Shown: piece by piece, positions 1 through 8,699 of the stretch | Numbering within the stretch: the stretch's first letter is position 1 | How the letters are laid out: each line of letters opens with the position of its first letter | Source: Gemmatimonadota bacterium | GTDB lineage: Bacteria; Gemmatimonadota; Gemmatimonadetes; Gemmatimonadales; GWC2-71-9 | Assembly (NCBI GenBank): GCA_029262195.1 | Contig: JAJCZX010000010.1 | Location: 67,352 to 131,351 of the forward strand | Reading direction: 5' to 3' | DNA: 64,000 bases | The notes under the pieces: generated by a model | The model's input: only the letters and a program-made list of their open reading frames with translations | Told to the model about the DNA's origin: nothing | Database searches by the model: none | Translations under genes and position numbers: made by a program

Positions 1-143
1 CCGACGAGGTGGTCGGGGCGCTTGAGGGATGGAGTGAATACTCCAGAGTTGCGGGGGTGCCGAAGACCTTCGTAGAATATCTTCAGCGTAGGTTTGAGCG
101 GGTTTAGGATATAGAATGTAGAGTTGGGTCACCCTGGAAGGAG

Positions 144-674
144 ATGTACGTGGAAGCTAACGATGCGAAGGGTGTTCTCCGGCCCAGGTTCACGGTCGTT
201 CTTCCTGCGAATTCAGATGAGACAATGGAACGGTTTCGTGCGGCACTCGATGAGATAGACCCCGGTCCTTCGGCGTCTGCCGGGAATCACGCTGAGTTAA
301 GAGTTCCCGTTGAGGAGTACCGCGTGTGGTCGCCCTATTTATCCTGTCAGGCTAACGATTCAGCCTGGGGGTGTGAAATCCACGCACGTTTTTCGCCGCG
401 ACCGGAGATTTGGACTCTCGTGATGTTCATTTACTTCTTCATGGTGTTTCTGGGCCTTTTCGGCGCATCGTTCGGATACGTACAGATGATGGTGGACCAG
501 ACTCCGTGGGGGTTCTGGGGCCTGCCGATAGGTGTGGTGGTGATCTTGCTGCTGCACGGGTCGAGTGTGGTTGGGCAACGGTTGAGTTCGGACCAGATGG
601 AGAGACTCAAGGCGCGGTTTGATGCGGTGATCTACAGAGCTTTCCCGGGCACTCCGGAAACTTCTGACATCTAA
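144..674 (+). CDS. hypothetical membrane protein (two predicted TM helices)
   Basis: 176-aa ORF with two long hydrophobic segments (IWTLVMFIYFFMVFLGLFGASFGYV; WGLPIGVVVILLLHG). No family recognised. Confidence 0.5.
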   Translation: MYVEANDAKGVLRPRFTVVLPANSDETMERFRAALDEIDPGPSASAGNHAELRVPVEEYRVWSPYLSCQANDSAWGCEIHARFSPRPEIWTLVMFIYFFMVFLGLFGASFGYVQMMVDQTPWGFWGLPIGVVVILLLHGSSVVGQRLSSDQMERLKARFDAVIYRAFPGTPETSDI

Positions 675-976
675 CTTCCGAAGTCTGACATAGTTGTCGG
701 TTCTGAACATCGACATCAACTCGGTGCACTCGTCGACCTCTACCTGTTCAACGGAGTCAGGATTTCTCCGGTTGGCCATGAAGCCGGAAAATGCGTTCCA
801 GGCAGCCGCGCTGTCGCCGAGACTTATTGCCGATCTGGTCTGCTGCATATCCTGCCGGGACCAGCGCGAAAGTGGAAGGGCTTTCAAGTGTTGCCCGTAC
901 GGCGGCTTTCCGGCCCTTTTGGGCGAGGCCGATGTTTCGAAAGACACGTGCGATACCAGGGTTCGAGGGAGACATG

Positions 977-1015
977 TTGATGTATTGACATCAATTTAAT
1001 GATGTCATAGCATCA
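977..1015 (+). promoter_or_regulatory. putative vapBC promoter/operator
   Basis: TTGACA (985-990), 17-nt spacer, TAGCAT (1008-1013), then the ATG at 1019, implying a near-leaderless mRNA. Overlaps two inverted repeats built from TGATGT half-sites: TTGATGT-attg-ACATCAA (977-994) and TGATG-tcatag-CATCA (1000-1015). Confidence 0.4.
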
Positions 1016-1018
1016 AAC

Positions 1019-1279
1019 ATGAGAACCACTGTCGATATCGAAGATTCCCTGCTGGTGCGGTTGCGTCATGAAGCGGTGCGGCGCGGAGTCGCCTTCAAGC
1101 ACCTCCTGAATCGACTCCTGTTGGATGGATTGGAGGGGAAGCATGAACCTCCGTCCCGTCCGTACCGATGTCCCAGCTTCTCGATGGGTACACCATCGGT
1201 AGATCTAGACAAAGCGCTCGGCGTGTCAGCTGCTCTTGAGGACGACGCCGTAACTCGCGAGCTGGAGGCGCGAAAATAG
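1019..1279 (+). CDS. vapB: type II antitoxin, VapB-like
   Basis: 86-aa ORF 6 nt upstream of a PIN toxin gene. The N-terminus MRTTVDIEDSLLVRL is typical of VapB-type antitoxins. Confidence 0.8.
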   Translation: MRTTVDIEDSLLVRLRHEAVRRGVAFKHLLNRLLLDGLEGKHEPPSRPYRCPSFSMGTPSVDLDKALGVSAALEDDAVTRELEARK

Positions 1280-1285
1280 CTGTAA

Positions 1286-1717
1286 ATGAAGTTGCTCGAT
1301 CTTAACATCCTGCTCTACGCGGTGAACCGGGACGCTCCACAACACAAAGGGGCGAAGGTCTGGCTGGAGAAGCTATTCGCGGGAGAAGAAATGATCGGGT
1401 TGTCCTGGGTAGTTATCCTCGGGTTTCTGAGGATAACTACTAACCGGAGAATCCTTCCGAAGCCCCTGGATATAGTCGGGGCTATGGCTGTTGTTGACGA
1501 TTGGATCGACCACCCTTTGGTGGCAGCCGTTCAGCCGGGAGCCGAGCACTGGAGCATAATGAGCGAACTCCTCTCCCACTCGGGCGCCGCTGGTAACCTC
1601 ACCACCGATGCCCACCTCGCGGCCCTGGCGATCGAGCACGGGTGCGAGTTGGTCTCAACCGATGCAGACTTCGGACGTTTCACAGGACTGCGGTGGGTAA
1701 ATCCTCTGGTGGCGTAG
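1286..1717 (+). CDS. vapC: type II toxin, PIN-domain ribonuclease VapC
   Basis: 143 aa. Conserved acidic PIN residues are in context (LLDLNILLYA; TTDAHLAALA; VSTDADF). Paired with the upstream antitoxin. Confidence 0.9.
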   Translation: MKLLDLNILLYAVNRDAPQHKGAKVWLEKLFAGEEMIGLSWVVILGFLRITTNRRILPKPLDIVGAMAVVDDWIDHPLVAAVQPGAEHWSIMSELLSHSGAAGNLTTDAHLAALAIEHGCELVSTDADFGRFTGLRWVNPLVA

Positions 1718-1808
1718 CGGATCGGTGGATCCGGAGTCGGTCTCACTCCTCTTTTAACTCCAAACTTTTATCTTCTATCGTAATCGTTTAGATTGCGTCT
1801 CCCGAATC

Positions 1809-1884
<76 letters not shown>

Positions 1885-1896
1885 CTCCCGTAAATC

Positions 1897-1934
1897 AAAG
1901 CCACGTCGCGACTTAGCGAAGTGGCTTTTTTTTT
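1897..1934 (+). terminator. rho-independent terminator after tRNA-Ile
   Basis: Hairpin GCCAC-g-TCGC [gactta] GCGA-a-GTGGC followed by nine T residues (1926-1934). Confidence 0.65.
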
Positions 1935-2102
1935 GAACCTCGGGTCGGGTAACAAAATTTTTTGCGGCTGTTGGTACCAGTCGTCAACGAGAAGAGCCAC
2001 CTCCGTGTCAAACTCCACAAGTTACCGATGATGCGAGGCTTTCTTTCCGTGGCGTATCGTTGTATCTTTTTTCCAAGGAAAATTAATACAATAGGAGCAT
2101 GA

Positions 2103-2690
2103 ATGCCTGCCGCTGCGAGACCGAAGCTCAAGCCTGGAAAAGTCTATCGGACCATGGATTTGGAGAAGTACGGAAAGAACGCCCCACGGTTGGCCAAACG
2201 CTTGGTTGGCGAGGGCCGACTGCATCCGTTGGGGCGTGGAATCTTTGTTCACCGGGAAACCAGCAAGTTCGGCGCTCTGCCTCCAAGCAGAGAAGAACTC
2301 ATGCGGGCTTACCTGAACGGCGGCCGTTTCATTTTCTCGGGGCCCGAACAGTGGAACGTACTCAACCTGGGTTCGACGGCACTGTTCGCCTCCCAGCTCG
2401 TTTACAACGAGGCCCGTAGCGGTGAGGTCGAGCTGGGCGGACGGCGTTTCACTCTCAGACGAGTGGCGTTTCCGCAAAACCCCGCCGCCGAGTACTTCGC
2501 CATTGACCTGATAAAGAATCACCGTCAGGCCGGTGTTTCAGTTGGACGAATTGAGAAGGCAGTTAGTAGAGCCGTGGCTGAGGGGCGGCTGAAACCTTCG
2601 GAGTTGAGGCGCAGTGCGAAACGCTATGGCCGCAAGTCCACGGAGACCGTTGTTGAGACGGCAATCTCGCGAGCCATGGAAAATAGATGA
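2103..2690 (+). CDS. abiEi: AbiEi-like antitoxin / transcriptional regulator (type IV TA)
   Basis: 195 aa. AGGAG lies 5 nt upstream of the ATG. The stop overlaps the start of the AbiEii-type gene (ATGA). The N-terminal segment (RLAKRLVGEGRLHPLGRGIFV) resembles the AbiEi antitoxin N-domain. The call rests mainly on this pairing. Confidence 0.7.
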   Translation: MPAAARPKLKPGKVYRTMDLEKYGKNAPRLAKRLVGEGRLHPLGRGIFVHRETSKFGALPPSREELMRAYLNGGRFIFSGPEQWNVLNLGSTALFASQLVYNEARSGEVELGGRRFTLRRVAFPQNPAAEYFAIDLIKNHRQAGVSVGRIEKAVSRAVAEGRLKPSELRRSAKRYGRKSTETVVETAISRAMENR

Positions 2691-3655
2691 ACCCGATTTT
2701 CTTGCATGATGACCCTGAGTTTCGCGAGCTTATCCGTTTGGTCGCTGATAAGAGGAAAGTTTCTGAGGGGATCGTAGAAAAAGATTATTGGGTGACTCAC
2801 GCCCTGTGGTCTTTAAAAGAAACAGGTCTTGAAATCTACTTCAAAGGCGGTACCTCACTATCCAAAGGCTTCGGGTTGATTGAGCGGTTTTCCGAAGATG
2901 TTGATCTTACGATTGGCCGTGGGTCACGTACTGACTTACCTGAACTCGGAAGCCTCAGGAGTAAGACGCCGGGTGCAACGAAAAAACGGCGCGTATTCTT
3001 CGAAGCTCTTTGTGTAGCTATTGATATTCCCGGCACCACGGGCGTCAGGTTGTTGGCTCCCGCCGACGGTCGTTGGATCAGTGTCGAGTGTGAGGCATAC
3101 TATCCGAAGTTGTTCGAGTTGCCAGGAAACCTGCGCCCCTTCGTGCGGCTGGAACCGGGGCTCCGTTCGTGGAAACCTCCTGCGGTGTCTCGCAACCTCA
3201 CGAGCCTGCTGCACGAGCACGTGTTGGAACTGGGACTGGTGGAGCAATATGTTGACAATCGCCCTGTCGGAATGAGCTGCGTGCATCCACTGGTAACTTT
3301 GATCGACAAGCTTGATTCCGTATCGAAGCGTTACGCGAGGGAAGTTTTCGCTCCCGAAGAATTTGCCCGGCACTACGAAGATCTAGCACATTTGATCGAA
3401 GCCGCGGGCCAATTCCCACAACTTAAGGATGAAACCAAACAGGAAATAGTTAACAATTGTTTGAAAGGACGTGAGATCCATTCGACAGACTCGGCATTTG
3501 AGCTACGGGATGCTAAACGCCGTTCTGCCCTGGAAGCCGCACACCGCGAAATTGATCCAATGTTTTGGGGCCCAAGGATTTCGATTGAGGATTGTTGTGC
3601 TCGGATTGTCAAATGGTTAACCAAGAACCCAATCGGTCCGACTTCGGGTAGGTGA
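2687..3655 (+). CDS. abiEii: AbiEii/AbiGii-family nucleotidyltransferase toxin
   Basis: 322 aa. Carries the hallmark FKGGTSLSKGFGLIERFSEDVDL nucleotidyltransferase motif of the DUF1814/AbiEii family. Confidence 0.85.
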   Translation: MNPIFLHDDPEFRELIRLVADKRKVSEGIVEKDYWVTHALWSLKETGLEIYFKGGTSLSKGFGLIERFSEDVDLTIGRGSRTDLPELGSLRSKTPGATKKRRVFFEALCVAIDIPGTTGVRLLAPADGRWISVECEAYYPKLFELPGNLRPFVRLEPGLRSWKPPAVSRNLTSLLHEHVLELGLVEQYVDNRPVGMSCVHPLVTLIDKLDSVSKRYAREVFAPEEFARHYEDLAHLIEAAGQFPQLKDETKQEIVNNCLKGREIHSTDSAFELRDAKRRSALEAAHREIDPMFWGPRISIEDCCARIVKWLTKNPIGPTSGR

Positions 3656-3769
3656 GTGCTAGGAGGGTTACAACAATGTTGCTGCGCCGGTCGACGCCCA
3701 TCGCTGCTATCGTTAGTTTAACATGCGTGAGTCGACGTCCACCGTTGCCCACCGTCGTAAATCGCGGTT

Positions 3770-4025
3770 CTGATAAGCGTGAGGTCGGCCCGCGGCGGCG
3801 AGCGTAGTGAACATCAATCGCGAACAAAGTGAGCGATGATGACTGCGTAGGCGCGTTTCCACCTGTTCATGTGGCCTGAAACGTGAGGTCGGCATGCGAC
3901 GGCAGCATGTGAGGTGAGCGACTCGATACAGCGCCATTGAAAAGAGCGGTGTGCTTGAAGTGGACCTCCGCTCGCCTTCGGCGATGTTCGGCGGCAAAAA
4001 ACCGCAGCAAATCTTCCCGGCCCAT
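3770..4025 (+). repeat. tRNA-Ile 3'-portion-like fragment A (split)
   Basis: CTGATAAGCGTGAGGTCGG (3770-3788) matches the tRNA from the anticodon loop to the 5' T stem. A second, degenerate copy CCTGAAACGTGAGGTCGG lies at 3875-3892. AAATCTTCCCGGCCCAT (4009-4025) matches the tRNA from the T loop to the 3' end. The intervening ~220 nt is homologous to the inserts of fragments B and D. Confidence 0.7.
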
Positions 4026-4040
4026 TCCAACAAGTCCTGC

Positions 4041-6437
4041 CTAATCTGAGCGGAGAACCCGAACGGGGTCCAACTTGTTCGCCCGTCGCGCCGGCAGGAA
4101 AGAAGCGATCAGCCCGACCGTTCCCTGGAGGATAGCGGCACCGACAAACACGCCGTAGTCGATAGGATTAACACCGAACAGAAGTGATGAAACAACGCGG
4201 GCCAAGGCGAGTGACATGGCTAGACCGACGATTGTTCCTCCAGCCATCCAGACGAATGACCTGCGCATTACGGTCCCGATGATCTGGCCCGACTGGGCCC
4301 CTATTGCTATTCGGATCCCGAGTTCTCGTTGTCGTTGGGAAACAAGAAAGGAAAGTACACCAAAAATCCCCACCGCCGCCAGCAACAGTGCAACTACCGC
4401 AAACCCGACTACCACAATAGCGTTGAACCTCGGCGCTGCCGAAGCCGCGCGGGATAGATCCCCGGTTGTCCCTATGTCGTAAACCGGTGTTCCGGTGGTG
4501 ATTTCTCCAATGCGAGCCATTGCCGCCGATGCGAGTGTAGGAGAGAGGTCGCTACCTCGGATGATCAGGTAGTATGGGTTCCAAGGCCACTGCCGGTGGG
4601 ATTGGTAGTATTGGAGTTCGCTTTCCGTCTCGAGCCCGACGTGCTTTACGTCGTCGACCACTCCGATGATCGTAGGCCCGGTTTCACCGTCGTTGCGAAC
4701 GGCTACTTTACCGACAGCGCTCCCGCGGGGATAAAGCGTCTCGGCCGCCGATCTCGAGACCAGGACGACCGCTCCGGACTCCGGTGTATCGGTTGGCCGA
4801 AAAAGTCTTCCTTCGAGAAGTTCTATTCCCAGGGTCGCGAAGTAATCGTCGCTGACGACGCGCTGCTGTAGCGAGATTGCCTCCTCGTTGCCGGCAGCTA
4901 CACGTTCGGCTGAATTCAGAGAACCGATCGCTCCCTGCCCGGTCAGCGGGAGAAAGGCGGTTACGGCGGCTGATTCAACTCCGGGCAACCCCTTTGTGGC
5001 TTCGAGAATTTGGTCAAGCGCGGTTGCGGTGGCTGCCATGCTTGACAAAGTAGTTGAAGGGAGAGCTATCCTCATCGTCATCGCGTCGCTGTTTGCAAAT
5101 CCCGTATCGACATGGCTCAGGGCGACAAAACTCTTAACAGTGAGGCCCGAGGCGATGACAAGAGTCAGTGCTAGCGCAAATTCGGTTGCCACGAGGGTAC
5201 CGAGCGCGGTATTTCCCGCGCGCCCCGATGAGGCGCCGCCTGATGTGAGCGTGTTGAAAGATTTGGAATGTGCCTGTTTCCAGACCGCCAGAATTCCTGC
5301 GAGGACACCTGCCAGCAACGCCAGGGAGAGCGAAACCAGCAACACGTTCGAGTCGACTGAGATCGATTCGACGCGTGGCAGTTCCGCCGGCGCGTTGCGA
5401 ATCAATAGTTTTACGCCGACGACGGAAAGGAGGACCCCCAGCAGACCGCCGATGATACCGATCAAGGCGGTTTCCGAGATCACGGCGCCAACAATCCGGG
5501 CCTTGCCGGCACCGATGGCCAGTTTCAATTCGGTTTCACGGGTGCGGGATACGCCGCGAGCCAGGGTGAGGTTAGCCAGGTTCACCGCGGCGATGAGGAG
5601 CACAAACCCTACCACCGCCTGGAGCATTAATAGCGGTCCCCTTGTGTCCCCCACGATCGCCGTGTGCAGACCCACTCCTACCGGCTTCCATCCTACGCTT
5701 CTGCGCCCGAGTTCTGCTCCCAATGTTGGAGCAAGGGCATCGAGTTCAGCGTACAATTGTTCTTCTGTAACGCTAGGAGCCAGCCGGCCCACGAGGTCCA
5801 ACCATCTGGCGGTCCATCGCGTTGTGCGGTAGTCGTGGTGAAGAAATATCTCGTATCCCTCACCGTCTATGTCTCGGAACCCGGCATCCGCGACTCCGAT
5901 AATTGTGACGGGCCGTCCGTCGACCTGGATGGCATCACCAATCACTCCGGGGTCAGCGCCGTAACGGCGGGTCCAGAGCCCGTGTGCCAGCACCGCTACT
6001 GCCGTGTCGTCCCGGTCGGAATCGAGGAAGAGCCGGCCGGCCGCCGCTCCCGTGCCAAGTGTTGGGAAAAATGAGGGAGTAACACGTGCGCCTGTAAGTC
6101 TTTCCGTCTCATCAGCGACACCGATTGTGAAGCTGTCTCCGAAATATCCTCCGAGTTCCGCCAGCGCAGCGGTCCGATTTCGGTAAGCGTCGAATTCTAA
6201 CTTGGTAAAGGAGAACCGGGGAAGGTCTTGTTCTGGATTGGAAGCCCAGAGTCGAACCAGCTCGTCCGGTTGGTCATACGGCAAGGGGGTCAGCAGAATG
6301 CCGTTGGTGACGCTGAAAATGGCTCCGTTGGCTCCCACGCCGAGCGTAAGGACCAACAAAGCCGCGACCGTGTATGCCCGTTGCCGCAGCAGAGCGCGAA
6401 TGGCAAACTTCAGATCCTGTGCGATTGCGGAAAACAT
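4041..6437 (-). CDS. FtsX/MacB-type duplicated permease (ADOP family), orphan
   Basis: 798 aa. The N-terminus (DLKFAIRALLRQRAYTVAALLVLTLGVGANGAIFS) and the C-terminal FtsX repeat ending in (LPARRANKLDPVRVLRSD) are typical of the family. GAGGAG lies ~10 nt upstream of the ATG. No adjacent ABC ATPase or PadR gene. Confidence 0.9.
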   Translation of the reverse strand: MFSAIAQDLKFAIRALLRQRAYTVAALLVLTLGVGANGAIFSVTNGILLTPLPYDQPDELVRLWASNPEQDLPRFSFTKLEFDAYRNRTAALAELGGYFGDSFTIGVADETERLTGARVTPSFFPTLGTGAAAGRLFLDSDRDDTAVAVLAHGLWTRRYGADPGVIGDAIQVDGRPVTIIGVADAGFRDIDGEGYEIFLHHDYRTTRWTARWLDLVGRLAPSVTEEQLYAELDALAPTLGAELGRRSVGWKPVGVGLHTAIVGDTRGPLLMLQAVVGFVLLIAAVNLANLTLARGVSRTRETELKLAIGAGKARIVGAVISETALIGIIGGLLGVLLSVVGVKLLIRNAPAELPRVESISVDSNVLLVSLSLALLAGVLAGILAVWKQAHSKSFNTLTSGGASSGRAGNTALGTLVATEFALALTLVIASGLTVKSFVALSHVDTGFANSDAMTMRIALPSTTLSSMAATATALDQILEATKGLPGVESAAVTAFLPLTGQGAIGSLNSAERVAAGNEEAISLQQRVVSDDYFATLGIELLEGRLFRPTDTPESGAVVLVSRSAAETLYPRGSAVGKVAVRNDGETGPTIIGVVDDVKHVGLETESELQYYQSHRQWPWNPYYLIIRGSDLSPTLASAAMARIGEITTGTPVYDIGTTGDLSRAASAAPRFNAIVVVGFAVVALLLAAVGIFGVLSFLVSQRQRELGIRIAIGAQSGQIIGTVMRRSFVWMAGGTIVGLAMSLALARVVSSLLFGVNPIDYGVFVGAAILQGTVGLIASFLPARRANKLDPVRVLRSD

Positions 6438-6604
6438 TCGGTCGGCTCCTCTTCGTGGGGGTCTGAACTAATACCGCAGCTGACCGCTTTTGGCGAGAAA
6501 AAATGTGTCAGAGTTCTGTCAGGTCTGGTCCGGCATCTTGATGATGAACCTGGAACCGGAGTTATCCAGTTGATGGTCGGGTGTTCGAAAGCCTCCCCAG
6601 CACA

Positions 6605-6746
6605 AATCGCTGTCAGTTCCACTGTCAGTTAATGTCGTAGAAGTACGACATCGAAGCGTCAAAGTTACGGCATGGCTCGGTCCAAACGGCGCAAAGTACG
6701 TTAATTTGCCGTAGTTGGCTGCTTATTCTTACAGCCCGACGGATGG
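6605..6746 (+). repeat. conserved repeat-rich block, copy B (precedes tRNA-like fragment B)
   Basis: Aligns by eye with 10179-10307 and 11771-11899. Contains direct CTGTCAGTT repeats at 6610-6618 and 6622-6630, the palindrome TGTCGTA-gaag-TACGACA, and several (C)AAAGT(T)ACG motifs plus an inverted CGTAGTTGG. Confidence 0.75.
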
Positions 6747-7039
6747 CCTGATAAGAGTGAGGTCGTCACGCGAAGGCGAGCGTAGGGAACATCAATCGCG
6801 AACAAAGTGAGCGATGATGACTGCCAACATCGCGAGTCGTTGACGAGCGATGGTTGTGAGTTGAGCGACTAAGTACAGCGCGACTGGAATGAGCGGTGTG
6901 CTTGACCGCGTCCCCGAGTTTACGAGGGGCGCGACTCTGCGCAAAGCGATTGGAACGAGCTTTGTCGCAGGAAGTTCACCTCCGCCCGCTTGCGGCGGTG
7001 CTCGGTGGCATGAAGCCGCAGCAAATCTTCCCAGGCTCA
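6747..7039 (+). repeat. tRNA-Ile 3'-portion-like fragment B (split)
   Basis: CCTGATAAGAGTGAGGTCG (6747-6765) and AAATCTTCCCAGGCTCAC (7022-7039) are separated by ~255 nt. The insert shares long identical stretches with fragment A, for example GAACATCAATCGCGAACAAAGTGAGCGATGATGACTGC. Confidence 0.7.
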
Positions 7040-7040
7040 C

Positions 7041-7649
7041 TCAATACCCATCGACCAGGTCATGCCGGAGAGTCGAAGGAAAGTCCCCCGGTTCATCCTG
7101 CGTAAGCAAAGCCATCAACCTGGGGTTGATGAACAGCTTTTCTCGTCCCGATTGTGTGTGTTCGAGCACCCCTGCGTTTGCCAACTCCCTGAGGTATGAA
7201 GATGCAGTTTGGCGTTGGCGATGCCGGCATCTACGACGTTGGAAATGCGGCAATAGGGTTGTACGAAAACCAGTTCGACCAATTCGCGACTAATAGAATC
7301 CCGGGAACCTGGCTCTGGTGAAGCTCGTTGTTTCGACCATCAACTCTCGAATTGCTCGAATGCGATTTGTGGTCCAGGCTGCGGTTTCCGTCACCGCGCC
7401 CAGCATGAAGAGTAGCCACCCTTCCCAGTCTCCGTCCTGTGTCACGGCATTGAGGAGACTATAATATTCTGACTTTTTTGCGATGATAGCGCGGCTGAGG
7501 TAAAGGATCGGAATTTCGAGTAGGCCGGTCTCTAGTAGATAGAGAAGATTGATGATCCTACCCGTGCGACCATTACCGTCGGAAAAGGGGTGAATCGCCT
7601 CGAACTGGTATTTTTGGATGCGAGGGTGATATGTCGATGTAATCGACAC
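7041..7649 (-). pseudogene. Fic-family gene remnant (N-terminal deletion plus two frameshifts)
   Basis: Near-identical at DNA level to the 3' ~60% of the intact Fic gene at 10504-11631. It retains HPFSDGNGRTGR. Sequence equivalent to codons 1 to ~190 is missing: the 5' UTR is fused at GAACTGGTA/TTGGATGCG. It has a 1-nt insertion (CTAATAG vs CTATAG, ~7290) and a 1-nt deletion (GCGTTGGCG vs GCGTTTGGCG, ~7212). Confidence 0.8.
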
Positions 7650-7787
7650 ATCGAGCTAACGTGTCGAAACAATAAGAAAAAATTGACACGTCTGCGGGCC
7701 TGGTTAGGGCTGTTATTCGGTCCTTTGGATCTGGCGCGTCCTTCCCGCCGGGGCCAGCCGAGACCGCCTTTTATTAACCGCCCTCTT

Positions 7788-8699
7788 CTAACCGCCTTTT
7801 TCTAACGCCTTCTCCGCGTTAGCCTCGGGAGAGTCCCGGCCGTCCAGCCAGCGGATCTCGACGCCCTGACGTTCCATGCGCCGAAACCACGTGTCCTGTC
7901 GTTTGGCGAACTGGTGGATCGCGGCTTCTAGCTGGGAGAACATCTGCTTTCGGGTGATGTCGCCGCGCAGGTGCTCGGTGACGTAGCGGTATTCCAATCC
8001 ATAGAAGATGAGCTGGTCATGGGTCAGCCCGCGACCCAGCAACGTCTCGACTTCTTCGATTAGCCCGTGGTCCAGCCGGTACGCCAATCGTCGCGTGATG
8101 CGCTCTCGCAGCTCGCGGCGCTCCCAGCGAACCCCGAAGACGCGCGAGTCGAGTGCGATCGACGGCGCTCGAGCGGAAGGATCGGCCTCCGCGATTTCGA
8201 TGGCGCGAATCAGGCGTTTGCGATCTTGGACGTCACTCGTATTGTGGAGCGGACCGTGTGATCGAAGCTCGGCGATCAACTGCTCCGTGGGTATCGCCTC
8301 CAGCTCGGCATGGCGTGTTGGGTCTGGCGGAGCGGACAGAAGCTGGTAGTCCTGCAGGACCGCGCTCAGGTAGAGACCGGTGCCGCCGCATAAAACCGGG
8401 AGACGCCCGCGCGAATGGATCTCTCGGATGGCGGCGATGCAGTCCCGTTTGAACTCGAAGAGGTTGTATTCGTACCCGGGGTCGGCAATGTCGATGAGGT
8501 GGTTTGGGACGGTACGGTCGTTGACCGTGTAGTCCTCCCGGTCCTTCCCGGTCCCGATGTCCATGTGCCGGTAGACCTGACGCGAGTCGGCGCTGACCAC
8601 CTCGCCGTTTGCCGCCGCGGCGACGTGAGCTGCGAGACGGGTCTTTCCGGCCGCGGTGGGCCCCAGGATACAAATTAGCGGGATCGGTGACTCAGCCAC
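7788..8699 (-). CDS. miaA: tRNA dimethylallyltransferase
   Basis: 303 aa. P-loop ILGPTAAGKT, SADSRQVYRHMDIGTGK, and overall MiaA-like layout. Confidence 0.93.
   Translation of the reverse strand: MAESPIPLICILGPTAAGKTRLAAHVAAAANGEVVSADSRQVYRHMDIGTGKDREDYTVNDRTVPNHLIDIADPGYEYNLFEFKRDCIAAIREIHSRGRLPVLCGGTGLYLSAVLQDYQLLSAPPDPTRHAELEAIPTEQLIAELRSHGPLHNTSDVQDRKRLIRAIEIAEADPSARAPSIALDSRVFGVRWERRELRERITRRLAYRLDHGLIEEVETLLGRGLTHDQLIFYGLEYRYVTEHLRGDITRKQMFSQLEAAIHQFAKRQDTWFRRMERQGVEIRWLDGRDSPEANAEKALEKGG

Noticed and set aside
3-107. Open frame entering from the left edge (…DEVVGALEGWSEYSRVAGVPKTFVEYLQRRFERV*)
   Set aside because: Only 34 codons are visible and no motif is recognisable. This is too little evidence to report as a feature.
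360-947. 195-aa minus-strand ORF between the membrane-protein gene and vapB
   Set aside because: More than 300 nt of it lies antisense to the 144-674 ORF, which has convincing TM helices. The non-overlapping part shows no motif I recognise. It is probably a shadow ORF, although a short real gene in 675-947 cannot be excluded.
3770-4025. Interpreting the split tRNA-like fragments as intron-containing tRNA genes, tmRNA or tRNA pseudogenes with a giant variable arm
   Set aside because: All four copies lack the 5' half (acceptor 5' strand, D arm, 5' anticodon stem). The interruption is in the T arm, whereas bacterial group I introns sit in the anticodon loop. No tmRNA-like tag ORF or 5' GGGG end is present.
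4888-5832. Long antisense ORFs inside the three ADOP genes (4888-5832, 31801-32550, 32770-33669, 58696-59382)
   Set aside because: The sense frames carry full-length FtsX-family architecture. The antisense translations are Ala/Arg/Pro/Ser-rich, as is typical of shadow ORFs in GC-rich coding DNA.
6889-7293. ORFs of 60-135 aa over the tRNA-like fragments and antisense to Fic (6889-7293, 6792-7040, 10349-10702, 11747-12019, 3713-4033)
   Set aside because: They recur only because the underlying DNA is duplicated. The frames are not preserved between copies and the translations are low-complexity.
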